From NCBI GenBank assembly GCA_044450385.1, contig JBIOIZ010000002.1, positions 15,393-79,392 of the forward strand: DNA of 64,000 bases, given 5' to 3'. This document shows, in pieces, positions 37,233 to 46,360 of the stretch. Source of the DNA: Candidatus Dormibacteria bacterium. GTDB taxonomy: Bacteria; Chloroflexota; Dormibacteria; Aeolococcales; Aeolococcaceae. The notes beneath the pieces are model-generated. The model ran no database searches. It was not told the origin of the DNA and saw nothing but the letters and a program-made list of their open reading frames with translations. Every line of letters begins with the position of its first letter. Position 1 is the first letter of the stretch. Both the position numbers and the translations under genes were made by a program.

Positions 37233-39142
37233 CAGATATCGAGGTTGCGCACGCTCGTGGCGTGGGTCTGGATGAAACGCTTGCGAGGCTCGACGTCCGA
37301 GCCCATCAGGCGATCGAAGATGTCGTCCGCCTTGAGTGCGTCCGCAACACCGACCTGCAGCAGGACTCTGCGGTCGGGATCCATCGTCGTTGCCCAGAGC
37401 TCCTCGGACATCATCTCGCCGAGTCCCTTGTACCGGGACACTTCGGTATCGCGTCCCATGGACTTGACCTTGTCGTCACGCTGGTCATCGCTGAAGGCGT
37501 ACTCGGTCTGGCGGTTCTTACCCCTGCCCTTCTCGAGCTTGTACAGCGGCGGCTGCGCGAGATAGAGGAAGCCCCCGTCGACGAGCGGACGCAGGTGGCG
37601 CCAGAAGAACGTGAGCAGCAAGGTGCGGATATGGGATCCGTCGACGTCCGCGTCCGCCATGAGCACGATGCGGTGATAGCGGAGCTTGTCCACGCTGAAC
37701 GTCTCGCCGAAGCCTCCCCCGAGCGCCATGATCAGGTCCTTGATCTGCTCGTTGCCCAGAATCTTGTCGGCCCGCGCCTTCTCGACGTTGAGGATCTTGC
37801 CGCGAAGCGGAAGGATTGCCTGGTTGCGGCGTTCGCGCGCCTCCTTGGCTGTGCCGCCTGCCGACAGACCCTCGACGATGAAGATCTCGCAGTGCGCCGG
37901 GTCGCGCTCGCTGCAGTCAACCAGCTTTCCCGGCAGCGTCGCCGACTCGAGCAGTGACTTGCGCTGTACCAGGTCGCGAGCCTTCGCGGCGGCCTGGCGT
38001 GCACGCGCAGCCGTCAGCGACTGATCGATGATCCTGCGCCCGTCGGCCGGGTTCTCCTCGAGGTACTGCATGAGTGCCTCGCTCAGCACCGTCGAGACCT
38101 GACCCGCCACTTCGCTGTTTCCCAGCTTGGTCTTGGTCTGACCCTCGAACTGCGGCTCACGCAACTTGACGCTGATCACGGCTGTCAACCCGTCGCGCAC
38201 GTCGTCGCCACTGAGGTTGGGGTCCTGCTCCTTGAGGATCGCAGCCTTGCGCGCGTACTTGTTGAGCGTTGCGGTCAGTGCGCTGCGGAACCCGGTGACA
38301 TGCGCGCCACCCTCCTCGGTGTGCACGTTGTTGGCAAACGCGAGAACGTGCTCGGTGAAGACCGTGTTCTGATACTGAAGCGCGATCTCGACGACGTTGC
38401 CGTCGATCTCCCGTTCCACGTACATCGGCTTCTGGTTGATGACGTTGCGGTTCGCGTTGAGATACCTGACGAAGGACTGAATGCCGCCCTCGAAATGGAA
38501 GGTGTATTCCTGTTCGTCGCGCTCATCCGCGAGCTGAATCGTGATGCCCTTGTTGAGAAAGGCATAGCTGCGCAGCGACGTGGACACCGTCTCCCACGAG
38601 AACTCGATCTCCTGGAATATCTCCGGGTCGGGCCAGAAGCGCACGAAGGTCCCGCGGCGGTCGGTCGTGCCGATGACCGTCACAGGTCCGTCGGGCACTC
38701 CTCGCGTGTACTCCTGGTGATGCGTCTCGCCGTCGCCGTACACCTCGACCACCAGACGCTCACTGAGCGCGTTGACGACCGAGAGACCGACTCCGTGCAG
38801 TCCACCCGAGACCTTGTAGCCCCCGCCACCGAACTTTCCACCAGCATGGAGCGTGGTGAGCACCACCTCGAGTGCGGACTTCCTGGCGGTCGGATGCATG
38901 CCCACGGGGATGCCGCGGCCATTGTCCAGCACGGACACCGACTTGTCCGCATGGAGGACGATCTTGATGGTGTCGCACCAGCCGGCGAGCGCCTCGTCGA
39001 TGCTGTTGTCGACGAGCTCGACGACGAGATGGTGCAGACCCCGAAGATCTGTGGAGCCGATGTACATCCCGGGCCGTCGGCGAACCGGCTCGAGGCCCTC
39101 CAGGATCTGAATCTGATCGGCCGAGTACGCGTCCTTGCCCAC
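37232..39142 (-). CDS. gyrB: DNA gyrase subunit B
   Basis: GLHHLVVELVDNSIDEA, HAGGKFGGGGYKVSGGLHGVG, Toprim EIFIVEGLSAGG. Confidence 0.93.
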   Translation of the reverse strand: MGKDAYSADQIQILEGLEPVRRRPGMYIGSTDLRGLHHLVVELVDNSIDEALAGWCDTIKIVLHADKSVSVLDNGRGIPVGMHPTARKSALEVVLTTLHAGGKFGGGGYKVSGGLHGVGLSVVNALSERLVVEVYGDGETHHQEYTRGVPDGPVTVIGTTDRRGTFVRFWPDPEIFQEIEFSWETVSTSLRSYAFLNKGITIQLADERDEQEYTFHFEGGIQSFVRYLNANRNVINQKPMYVEREIDGNVVEIALQYQNTVFTEHVLAFANNVHTEEGGAHVTGFRSALTATLNKYARKAAILKEQDPNLSGDDVRDGLTAVISVKLREPQFEGQTKTKLGNSEVAGQVSTVLSEALMQYLEENPADGRRIIDQSLTAARARQAAAKARDLVQRKSLLESATLPGKLVDCSERDPAHCEIFIVEGLSAGGTAKEARERRNQAILPLRGKILNVEKARADKILGNEQIKDLIMALGGGFGETFSVDKLRYHRIVLMADADVDGSHIRTLLLTFFWRHLRPLVDGGFLYLAQPPLYKLEKGRGKNRQTEYAFSDDQRDDKVKSMGRDTEVSRYKGLGEMMSEELWATTMDPDRRVLLQVGVADALKADDIFDRLMGSDVEPRKRFIQTHATSVRNLDI

Positions 39143-39445
39143 CCGCCCGGCGCCTTCCGGACGCGGGTCCGGACTGCCGTCTGAATGGGTCGTTGCGGGT
39201 CTCGTCTCTGTCTCGATCGCTGCCTCATCGGGGCGTTCGGGGCGTGCGGTGTCGGTTATTTGTGCTGCTCCGGTTGTGACGTGAGTGATGGAGAGTGGGC
39301 CAGGGGTGAAACCGCTCGATTGTTCCAGCGGGGACCGCTCAAATCGGCCGTTCCACGTACCCCTATTCTACCAGCCGGACGGCCCACTTGGCTCTTTTCG
39401 AGTGGTTCGCTGCACTAGCATCAAGGGCGTGAAGGACACCGTCCG

Positions 39446-42196
39446 TTGTGCGCCGGTCCGGCCTGGTCGAGGGCGTCGATAAAGGTGGCCACATCCACTC
39501 TTGAAGAGTACCGCCGCAAGCGCGATTTCAATCAGACCCCGGAGCCCAGCGGCGACCCGATCCCGCAGTCCGGTACAGAGACTTCGGCGTGGGAGCACCT
39601 GCCCCATGGAAAGCGCTTCTGTGTCCAGAAACACCGGGCTACACGAATGCATTTCGATTTTCGCCTGGAGCACGACGGCGTGCTGCTCTCGTGGGCGATT
39701 CCGAGGGGTCCAAGCCTCGATCCGGCCAGGAAGCGCCTGGCAGTGCAGACCGAGGACCATCCGATCGACTATGGCGAATTCGAGGGCGTCATCCCCTCAG
39801 GGTACGGCGCCGGCACGGTCATGCTCTGGGACATCGGGACGTACGAGTGGATCAAGGAAACCGCCGAGGATTTCGAGCGTTCGCTGCAGAGAGGAGATCT
39901 CAAGTTCCGCCTCGATGGCACCAAGCTCTCGGGCGAGTTCGCACTGGTTCGCATCGGTGACCGTGGACGCCAGTACGGCGGCAGCAACGACGGAAACAAG
40001 AACTGGCTGTTGATCAAGAAGCGCGATGCCTCCGTGGTCGAGGGATACGAGGCAGGCGACTACGACGTTTCAGTCAAAACCGGCAGAAGCCTGGCTCAGA
40101 TCGCTCAGGACGGAGGTGGTGATCCTCGCGAGATGCGCCGTGCCGCTCGTGTCCGTGGTGCTGCCGCAGCGGCGCAGCCCACAGTGTCCTCCCCGCTGCT
40201 CGCTCAGGCGCCCCCGCCGATGCTCGCCACGCCGGTCGAGCAGCCGTTTTCGCGGGACGGATGGCTGTTCGAGCTGAAATACGACGGCATTCGCGCCATG
40301 GTGAGCGTCGCCGGTGACCTGATACGCATCACCGGCCGGCGCGGCGGCGATGAGACGGCGCGCTACCCGGAGGCAGCGGCGATTCGTGCTGGAATCCGGG
40401 CCGGGCAGGCGATCGTCGACGGCGAGCTTGTCGTGCTCGACGCCGAGGGCCGTCCATCGTTCGAGCGGATCCAGCAGCGAATCGGCGTCAGCCGCGAGCC
40501 CGATGTCCGCCGAGTCGCGGGCGAACACCCCGTGACGTTCATAGCGTTCGACCTGCTCGAGGTGGACGGCCGCGACCTGCTCAACACCGAGCTGCGCATT
40601 CGCAAGAAGACTCTTCGCGAGACCATCGTCGACTCGCCACACATCTTGTTCGCTGAACACGTCGAGCGCGATGGCATATCGCTCTTCGAGGTGGCTCGCT
40701 CGTCGGGCATCGAGGGCATCGTCGGCAAGCGCGCCGATTCCCTGTACCGGCCAGGAATCCGCAGCCCCGACTGGGTGAAGATCAAGTCCTGGCTCAGCCA
40801 GTCGTGCGTCATCGTGGGCTATACCGCCGGACGCGGACGCCGTTCAAACCAGCTGGGCGCACTCATCCTGGCGGTGCTCGACGGAGGGCGTCTCGTCCAT
40901 TGCGGACAGGTCGGCACCGGCTTCGATGACAAGACCCTAAACGACCTGAAGGACCGGCTCCGACCCCTCGAGGTGAAGACCTGCCCACTCGACGTCACGC
41001 CGAAGACGGCAGAACCGGCGACCTGGGTCAAACCCGAGCTCGTCTGCGAAGTCCGCTTCGCCGGATGGACCCGCGACGGCATCCTCCGCCACCCCGCCTT
41101 TCGCACCCTCCGTCTCGACCAGAGACCCGAAGACTGCTACCGGGAAGTCTTCCTGAAGACCGCGCCGGCCCAAACGCCACGGCCTCCAAGGGAGCGGCCT
41201 GCGGCCACCCCCCGCGCGAGGCGCAGAGCAGAGAGCGTGCAGACGCCCGCTCATGACTCGCGACAGAACCCGGAGGACTTGCAAGCACTGGCGCAGCTGA
41301 GAACGCTGACAGGCAATGCGCATTGGGAAATCGCAGGTCGCAGACTTCCACTCACGAATCTCGATAAGGTGCTCTGGCCGGCGGACGGCATCACGAAACG
41401 GGACATGATCGAGCACTACGTCCGGATGGCACCGTACATGCTGCCCTACCTGCGCGACCGCCCGTTATCGATGCAGGTATTCCCCGACGGTATTGACGGA
41501 AAGTCCTTCTGGCGCAAGGACAAACCCACGCATGCTCCGGCTTGGATCGAGGCGTGGACGTATCACGGTGAGAAGACCAAGACGTACATAGTGGTCAACG
41601 AGGTTGCCACGCTCGCGTGGGTTGCCAACGCCGGTGTCATCGATCTGCATCCGTGGCACTCGCGCATCGATGCTCCGGAGCAGCCGGACTGGGCGGTATT
41701 CGACCTGGATCCATTCGAACCGGCAACGTTCCAGGATGTCATCGATATCGCCAAGCTCGTCAAGGCGGCGCTGGATCATTACGGCATGCATGGCGTGGTC
41801 AAGACGAGCGGCCAGACCGGGTTGCAGATCTACGTGCCCATTCGCCGTGGCCCCGACTACTCGGCGGTGCGCCACTGGGTGGAGGAGGTGGGCAGAGCGA
41901 TCGATCAGGCGGCGCCCGGTCGCGTGAGCTGGGAGTGGTCGGTTGCGAAGCGGACGGGCCGGATCCGGATCGACTACACGCAGAACATCATCAACAAGAC
42001 CCTTGCGGCGCCTTACTCACTCCGCCCTGCGCCCGGAGCTCCGGTATCGACACCGATCACATGGGCAGAGCTCGACGACCCGGAGCTCAGACCTGATCGA
42101 TGGAACATCGCAACCATCGCGAAGCGCGTCGCGGAGAAGGGGGACCTCTTCGCGCCGGTCCTGCAGGCGGACCAGGACCTTCCGCGCCATTCGTAG
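39446..42196 (+). CDS. ligD: Multidomain ATP-dependent DNA ligase D (phosphoesterase-ligase-polymerase order)
   Basis: PE domain QKHRATRMHFDFRLEHDGVLLSWAIPRGPS; ligase motif I ELKYDGIR and motif IV EGIVGK; C-terminal primase-polymerase domain with AVFDLDP. The start is uncertain (TTG 39446 or GTG 39485). Confidence 0.9.
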   Translation: MCAGPAWSRASIKVATSTLEEYRRKRDFNQTPEPSGDPIPQSGTETSAWEHLPHGKRFCVQKHRATRMHFDFRLEHDGVLLSWAIPRGPSLDPARKRLAVQTEDHPIDYGEFEGVIPSGYGAGTVMLWDIGTYEWIKETAEDFERSLQRGDLKFRLDGTKLSGEFALVRIGDRGRQYGGSNDGNKNWLLIKKRDASVVEGYEAGDYDVSVKTGRSLAQIAQDGGGDPREMRRAARVRGAAAAAQPTVSSPLLAQAPPPMLATPVEQPFSRDGWLFELKYDGIRAMVSVAGDLIRITGRRGGDETARYPEAAAIRAGIRAGQAIVDGELVVLDAEGRPSFERIQQRIGVSREPDVRRVAGEHPVTFIAFDLLEVDGRDLLNTELRIRKKTLRETIVDSPHILFAEHVERDGISLFEVARSSGIEGIVGKRADSLYRPGIRSPDWVKIKSWLSQSCVIVGYTAGRGRRSNQLGALILAVLDGGRLVHCGQVGTGFDDKTLNDLKDRLRPLEVKTCPLDVTPKTAEPATWVKPELVCEVRFAGWTRDGILRHPAFRTLRLDQRPEDCYREVFLKTAPAQTPRPPRERPAATPRARRRAESVQTPAHDSRQNPEDLQALAQLRTLTGNAHWEIAGRRLPLTNLDKVLWPADGITKRDMIEHYVRMAPYMLPYLRDRPLSMQVFPDGIDGKSFWRKDKPTHAPAWIEAWTYHGEKTKTYIVVNEVATLAWVANAGVIDLHPWHSRIDAPEQPDWAVFDLDPFEPATFQDVIDIAKLVKAALDHYGMHGVVKTSGQTGLQIYVPIRRGPDYSAVRHWVEEVGRAIDQAAPGRVSWEWSVAKRTGRIRIDYTQNIINKTLAAPYSLRPAPGAPVSTPITWAELDDPELRPDRWNIATIAKRVAEKGDLFAPVLQADQDLPRHS

Positions 42197-42230
42197 CGTG
42201 GAGCGCGGATTGCGGGTACCCTGCGACGCG

Positions 42231-42863
42231 ATGCGACGGGTGTTCCTTCCGGCTGTGCTCGTGGCGGCCGCGACCGCGATCGGGTGCGGATCGGCGTCCC
42301 CAACGGTCACGAGCACGGAGCCGACGCCCTTCAGCGTAACCCCGACGCCGGTTCAGAGCCAGACGCCCCTGGCGACACCCACCGCCATCCCGACCGCCAC
42401 CCCGACGGTGACAGCAACTGGGCCGTGCATGCCGGGCCAGTTCCAGATCGCCATCCTGAACACCCAGGGCGCCGCGGGCACCATCTACGCGACGTTCGAG
42501 GTTCGCAACGCTTCGACCGCCGACTGCTCCGAGAACGGCTACGCCAAGCTGCAGCTGCTCACCTCCGGGGGCGGTCTGCTGAACACGAGCTGGTCGAACG
42601 ACAACTCAATGGCCAGTCCGAGCCCGGTCGACCTGCCTGCGGGCACCCAACCGCTGGGAGCCACCGGCGCGACGGGACACGGCTATTTCCTGGTCTCGTG
42701 GACCGATGCGACCTGCTCCGCGGCCCAGGCAGAGATGCCGAAGTTCTGGCGGGTCATCCTGCCGACATCGCGGTTCCAGACGAATGTGGCCGATATCGAT
42801 TCGAGCATGGTGTGCGCGGGTGCGATCAAGGTCGGCCCGATCAAGTCAGCTCCCTACGTCTGA
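42231..42863 (+). CDS. DUF4232-type secreted lipoprotein
   Basis: Trimmed to ATG 42231. Lipobox AIGCGS, Thr/Pro linker, then CMPGQFQIAILNTQGAAGTIYATFEVRNASTADCSENGY, typical of DUF4232. Confidence 0.7.
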   Translation: MRRVFLPAVLVAAATAIGCGSASPTVTSTEPTPFSVTPTPVQSQTPLATPTAIPTATPTVTATGPCMPGQFQIAILNTQGAAGTIYATFEVRNASTADCSENGYAKLQLLTSGGGLLNTSWSNDNSMASPSPVDLPAGTQPLGATGATGHGYFLVSWTDATCSAAQAEMPKFWRVILPTSRFQTNVADIDSSMVCAGAIKVGPIKSAPYV

Positions 42864-42902
42864 CCGACGCCAGGATGCTCGCTTCCCAATAGAATTCGGG
42901 CC

Positions 42903-43424
42903 ATGGCAGTGCTGCTGCTCAACGCCTCGATGCAACCGCTCAACGTGATCAGTCACCGCCGGCTGGTGGTGCTCCTGACCAAGGAGCGAGTCGCGTTCGT
43001 GGATGAGGCGGCTGAACGAGCTGCTGCAGAGGCACTCGCGGGGCGCAGGTTGCCAGAAGGCGTCGTCATCGTGCGCCTGCTCCGGACCATCCACGTACCG
43101 CGCCGGTTGCTTCGACCCAACCGCCGCAATCTTCTGCTCCGCGACGATCATACGTGCCAGTACTGCGGGCGCCTCGGTACCGCCGCCGAGCTCACCGTCG
43201 ACCACGTGATCCCGGTCTCTCGAGGGGGCGCTCCGGATCGCTGGGACAACGTAGTGATCGCATGCAGGAAGTGCAACTGGCGAAAGGCGAATCACCGTCC
43301 CGAAGAGGTCGGACTCGTTCTCCGGCGCAGGCCCGTACCGCTGACGCAGGAATACGCGCACATCATCTTTCTGCGCTACCCGGAGCTCAAGGCCGCCTAC
43401 GACAGGATGCTCGCCGCGGCCTGA
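42903..43424 (+). CDS. HNH endonuclease
   Basis: CQYCG...LTVDHVIPVSRGG...NVVIACRKCNWRKANH (HNH/zinc-finger core). Confidence 0.85.
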   Translation: MAVLLLNASMQPLNVISHRRLVVLLTKERVAFVDEAAERAAAEALAGRRLPEGVVIVRLLRTIHVPRRLLRPNRRNLLLRDDHTCQYCGRLGTAAELTVDHVIPVSRGGAPDRWDNVVIACRKCNWRKANHRPEEVGLVLRRRPVPLTQEYAHIIFLRYPELKAAYDRMLAAA

Positions 43425-43486
43425 ATCGCGCCTCGCGCGTCAGACCCTCGTCCAAGCCGATCCCGCGCCTCTATACTCGAGGAGCC

Positions 43487-44347
43487 ATGCCTCGATCCAT
43501 GTGGCGCGGCGCCATCAGCTTCGGCATGGTGGCGATCCCCGTGCGGCTGTACCTGGCGACCGAATCGAAGAGCGTTTCGTTCCGGCTGCTGTGTCCAACT
43601 GATCACACGCCCGTCCGCAACAAGCGCTGGTGCCCGGAGGAGGATCGCGAGATCGGCTGGAGCGAAGCGGTTCGCGGGTATGAGGTGGGCAAGGACGAGT
43701 ACGTGGTCATCACGGACCAGGATCTCGACGACCTGCCGCTGACCACGACGCACACCATCGACATCGTCGAGTTCTGCCCGGATTCCGAGATCGAGGCGGG
43801 CGTCTACCTCAAGAGCGCCTATTACCTGGAACCCGAGGCCGTCGGCGTCAAGCCCTACGCGTTGCTCCGGGAGGCACTCGAGAAGACCGGCACCGTCGCC
43901 ATCGGCAAGATCGCACTCCGTGATCGCGAGCACCTCTGCCGCCTGGCACTGCATGAGCAGGGGCTGCTGCTCAACACGCTGCACTGGCCGGACGAGATCC
44001 GCTCCGCGGCCGAGCTGGCGATTCCCGAGCAGGCTCCTGACGTCGCCAAGAAGGAGCTGGACATGGCGGTGATGCTCGTCGAGAACATGAGCGCCCACTT
44101 CGACCCGGCGCGCTATCACGACAACTACCGCGAGGCGCTGATCCAGGTTGTCGAGGCAAAGCTGGCCAACACGCCGATCGAGCGCCCGCAGGTGCAGGAA
44201 CCCGGCAAGGTCACCGACCTCATGGCTGCGCTCAAGGCCTCGGTCGAGGCGGCGAAAACGCGGCGGTCTGAAGGCGGCGCAGCAGAGGAATCCGAGGCCG
44301 ACGACGCCGAGTCTCTGGAACCGGCCCGCCGGAGCCGGGCGTCCTGA
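43487..44347 (+). CDS. ku: Ku protein (NHEJ DNA-end binding)
   Basis: Trimmed to ATG 43487 after GAGGAG. MWRGAISFGMVAIPVRLY start and Ku core; basic/acidic C-terminal tail. Confidence 0.9.
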   Translation: MPRSMWRGAISFGMVAIPVRLYLATESKSVSFRLLCPTDHTPVRNKRWCPEEDREIGWSEAVRGYEVGKDEYVVITDQDLDDLPLTTTHTIDIVEFCPDSEIEAGVYLKSAYYLEPEAVGVKPYALLREALEKTGTVAIGKIALRDREHLCRLALHEQGLLLNTLHWPDEIRSAAELAIPEQAPDVAKKELDMAVMLVENMSAHFDPARYHDNYREALIQVVEAKLANTPIERPQVQEPGKVTDLMAALKASVEAAKTRRSEGGAAEESEADDAESLEPARRSRAS

Positions 44348-44364
44348 GGCTTCACGGGTCACGC

Positions 44365-45474
44365 GTGGCTGGGAGAGCAAGCCTGTCTCGTGCCGCCCCG
44401 GAGTCCCAGAGCGAACCTTTGCCCTTTCGATCACCGGTGCCGCCTCAGCTCCCGGGCTACATCCCGTTTGAGATATCAGTCCCCTGCGCGGAGGCGTTCG
44501 ATGACCCCGACTGGCTGTTCAGCGTCGACTGGGACGGGGCACGCGCGCTGCTCTTCATCGACTCGGGCGGCTCCGTGCGCATCCAGGGCGAACTGGCTCG
44601 TGATCTCGCGCGGCGCTTCCCTGATATCTCGACCGCCGTGGCCATCCCGAACGGCCGGGGCGCTGTCCTCGACGGTGTCATCGCCGTGCTCGACCGGGAA
44701 GGCCGTCCAGACCTGACCGGCTTCGGCCGTCGCCTCGCCGCCGGGCCGGCCGCAGCCGCTGAGCTTCCAGCGGTGTACCTCTGCTGTGACGTCCTGCACC
44801 TCGACGGGCGCGCGACGGTGGGTTGGGCCCTGGATCGTCGCCTCGATGCTCTCAGCGACCTGACCCGCCGCAACGATGTCCTCCAGGCGCCGGACCACGT
44901 GCGCGGACGAGGAGTCGCGCTCGCCGCCGCGGCGGCTGGACGGGGCCTGCCGGCGTTGCTCGCCCGGCGGGCCGCGGCTCGCTATCGGCCAGGCGTCGCC
45001 TCCCCTGATCGTCTGCGCATCGGGCTCTCGGATCAGACGACTTGCGTCATCGCGGGCGTGGTTTCGCGCCGGGCTGGCACGAGGCTCATTCTCGGAGAGC
45101 ATGTCGACGGTCGCCTGACCTTCGCGGGACACGTCGACGGGCCGCGTGATCCGCTCGTCGCCGCGTGGCTTGCGCGGCACATCGCCGACCTGAGGGTCAA
45201 CACCGCGCCACTCGAAGGGGTGCAACCCGTCAACGCGACCTGGCTGCGACCTGCGCTCACGGCGACCGTCCGGCACCACGGCCGCAGCGCTGCCGGAGCA
45301 CTCCTGCGACCGGCGCTCCTGGCGGTGCGCGACGACGTCGATCCATGCTGGTGCGTGCAACGACCCGCGGTCGCCGGGCCGGTCGAGCTGCACGCGGGGA
45401 CCCGCTTCTCGCCGACACTGCTGATGCCGCTTCCTCTGGGCGACCTTTCAGGGACACCCCAGGCGACTCGATGA
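44365..45474 (+). CDS. ATP-dependent DNA ligase-like protein with substituted catalytic lysines (predicted inactive)
   Basis: Colinear with the LigD ligase domain in this window, but motif I KYDG is DWDG, motif IV EGIVGK is PALLAR, and motif V KIK is RIG. Intact frame with strong GC3 bias. ATGA overlap with the next gene. Confidence 0.7.
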   Translation: MAGRASLSRAAPESQSEPLPFRSPVPPQLPGYIPFEISVPCAEAFDDPDWLFSVDWDGARALLFIDSGGSVRIQGELARDLARRFPDISTAVAIPNGRGAVLDGVIAVLDREGRPDLTGFGRRLAAGPAAAAELPAVYLCCDVLHLDGRATVGWALDRRLDALSDLTRRNDVLQAPDHVRGRGVALAAAAAGRGLPALLARRAAARYRPGVASPDRLRIGLSDQTTCVIAGVVSRRAGTRLILGEHVDGRLTFAGHVDGPRDPLVAAWLARHIADLRVNTAPLEGVQPVNATWLRPALTATVRHHGRSAAGALLRPALLAVRDDVDPCWCVQRPAVAGPVELHAGTRFSPTLLMPLPLGDLSGTPQATR

Positions 45475-46304
45475 CCACGTCGGTCCTGATGTGCCGGCCC
45501 GATCACTTCGGGATCGAGTACGAGATCAACCCGTGGATGCACGTTGCGGTCGAGGTTGACCACGCGCGGGCGACGTCGCAGTGGGATGCGCTGTACCGGA
45601 CGTACCTCGACCTCGGGGTGGTCGTGGAATTGGCGACACCCGTCGCGGGTCTGCCTGACATGGTCTTCACGGCCAATGCGGCAGTGCTCTGGGATGACCG
45701 TGCCGTGCTGAGCAACTTCCATCATGCCGAGCGGCAGGGTGAGGAGAAGCACTGGCGCGAGGAGCTCGAGCGCCTCGGCTTCGATGTTCACGAACTGCCG
45801 CGATCGCTTTCGTTCGAGGGCGCCGGGGACGCCCTCTTCGTCGGTGATCGCCTGTTCTGCGGTTACGGGTTCCGGACCGACCGCGAGGCACACCATCCGG
45901 TGGCGCGCATCCTCGAGGTCGAGGTCGTCTCACTCCAGCTGGTCGACCCGCGCTTCTATCACCTGGACACCTGCTTCTGCCCGCTCGACGCCACCAATGT
46001 CCTCGCGGCGCCCGCCGCGTTCGCCCCGGAGTCGATGCGGTTGATTCGCGAGCTGGTGCCGAATCTGATCGAGGTGCCCGTCGAGGTGGCGGCCGGGTTT
46101 GCGTGCAACGCGATGCCGCTCGGGCAGCAGGTGCTCTCTTCGCTGACGATCTCGCAGATGGAGGCTCCGCTCCGGGCGGCCGGATACACCCCGATTCCGC
46201 TCCCCATGGGGGAGTTCCTCAAAGCCGGTGGTGGGGTCCGCTGCCTCTCACTGCCACTCGGCGAGCGAGGTCGCGGCCGCACCCGGGATGCCGCACAAGG
46301 CTGA
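45471..46304 (+). CDS. Amidinotransferase/DDAH-fold (guanidino-group-modifying) enzyme
   Basis: LMCRPDHFGIEYEINPWM N-terminus and C-terminal GGGVRCLSLPL (catalytic Cys context), recalled from the family. Confidence 0.7.
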   Translation: MTTSVLMCRPDHFGIEYEINPWMHVAVEVDHARATSQWDALYRTYLDLGVVVELATPVAGLPDMVFTANAAVLWDDRAVLSNFHHAERQGEEKHWREELERLGFDVHELPRSLSFEGAGDALFVGDRLFCGYGFRTDREAHHPVARILEVEVVSLQLVDPRFYHLDTCFCPLDATNVLAAPAAFAPESMRLIRELVPNLIEVPVEVAAGFACNAMPLGQQVLSSLTISQMEAPLRAAGYTPIPLPMGEFLKAGGGVRCLSLPLGERGRGRTRDAAQG

Positions 46305-46360
46305 GGGTAGATCCAACAACCTCTGAGCGTTTTCCCAGACTTCCGCGCGAAGATGGTCCG

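Noticed and set aside
39143-39445. Possible replication origin or ncRNA in the 303-bp gap between gyrB and ligD
   Set aside because: No dnaA, dnaN or recF genes are nearby. I saw no cluster of DnaA-box-like 9-mers (only one weak TTCCACG) and no AT-rich unwinding element. No recognisable ncRNA signature was seen. Most likely these are just divergent promoters and leaders.
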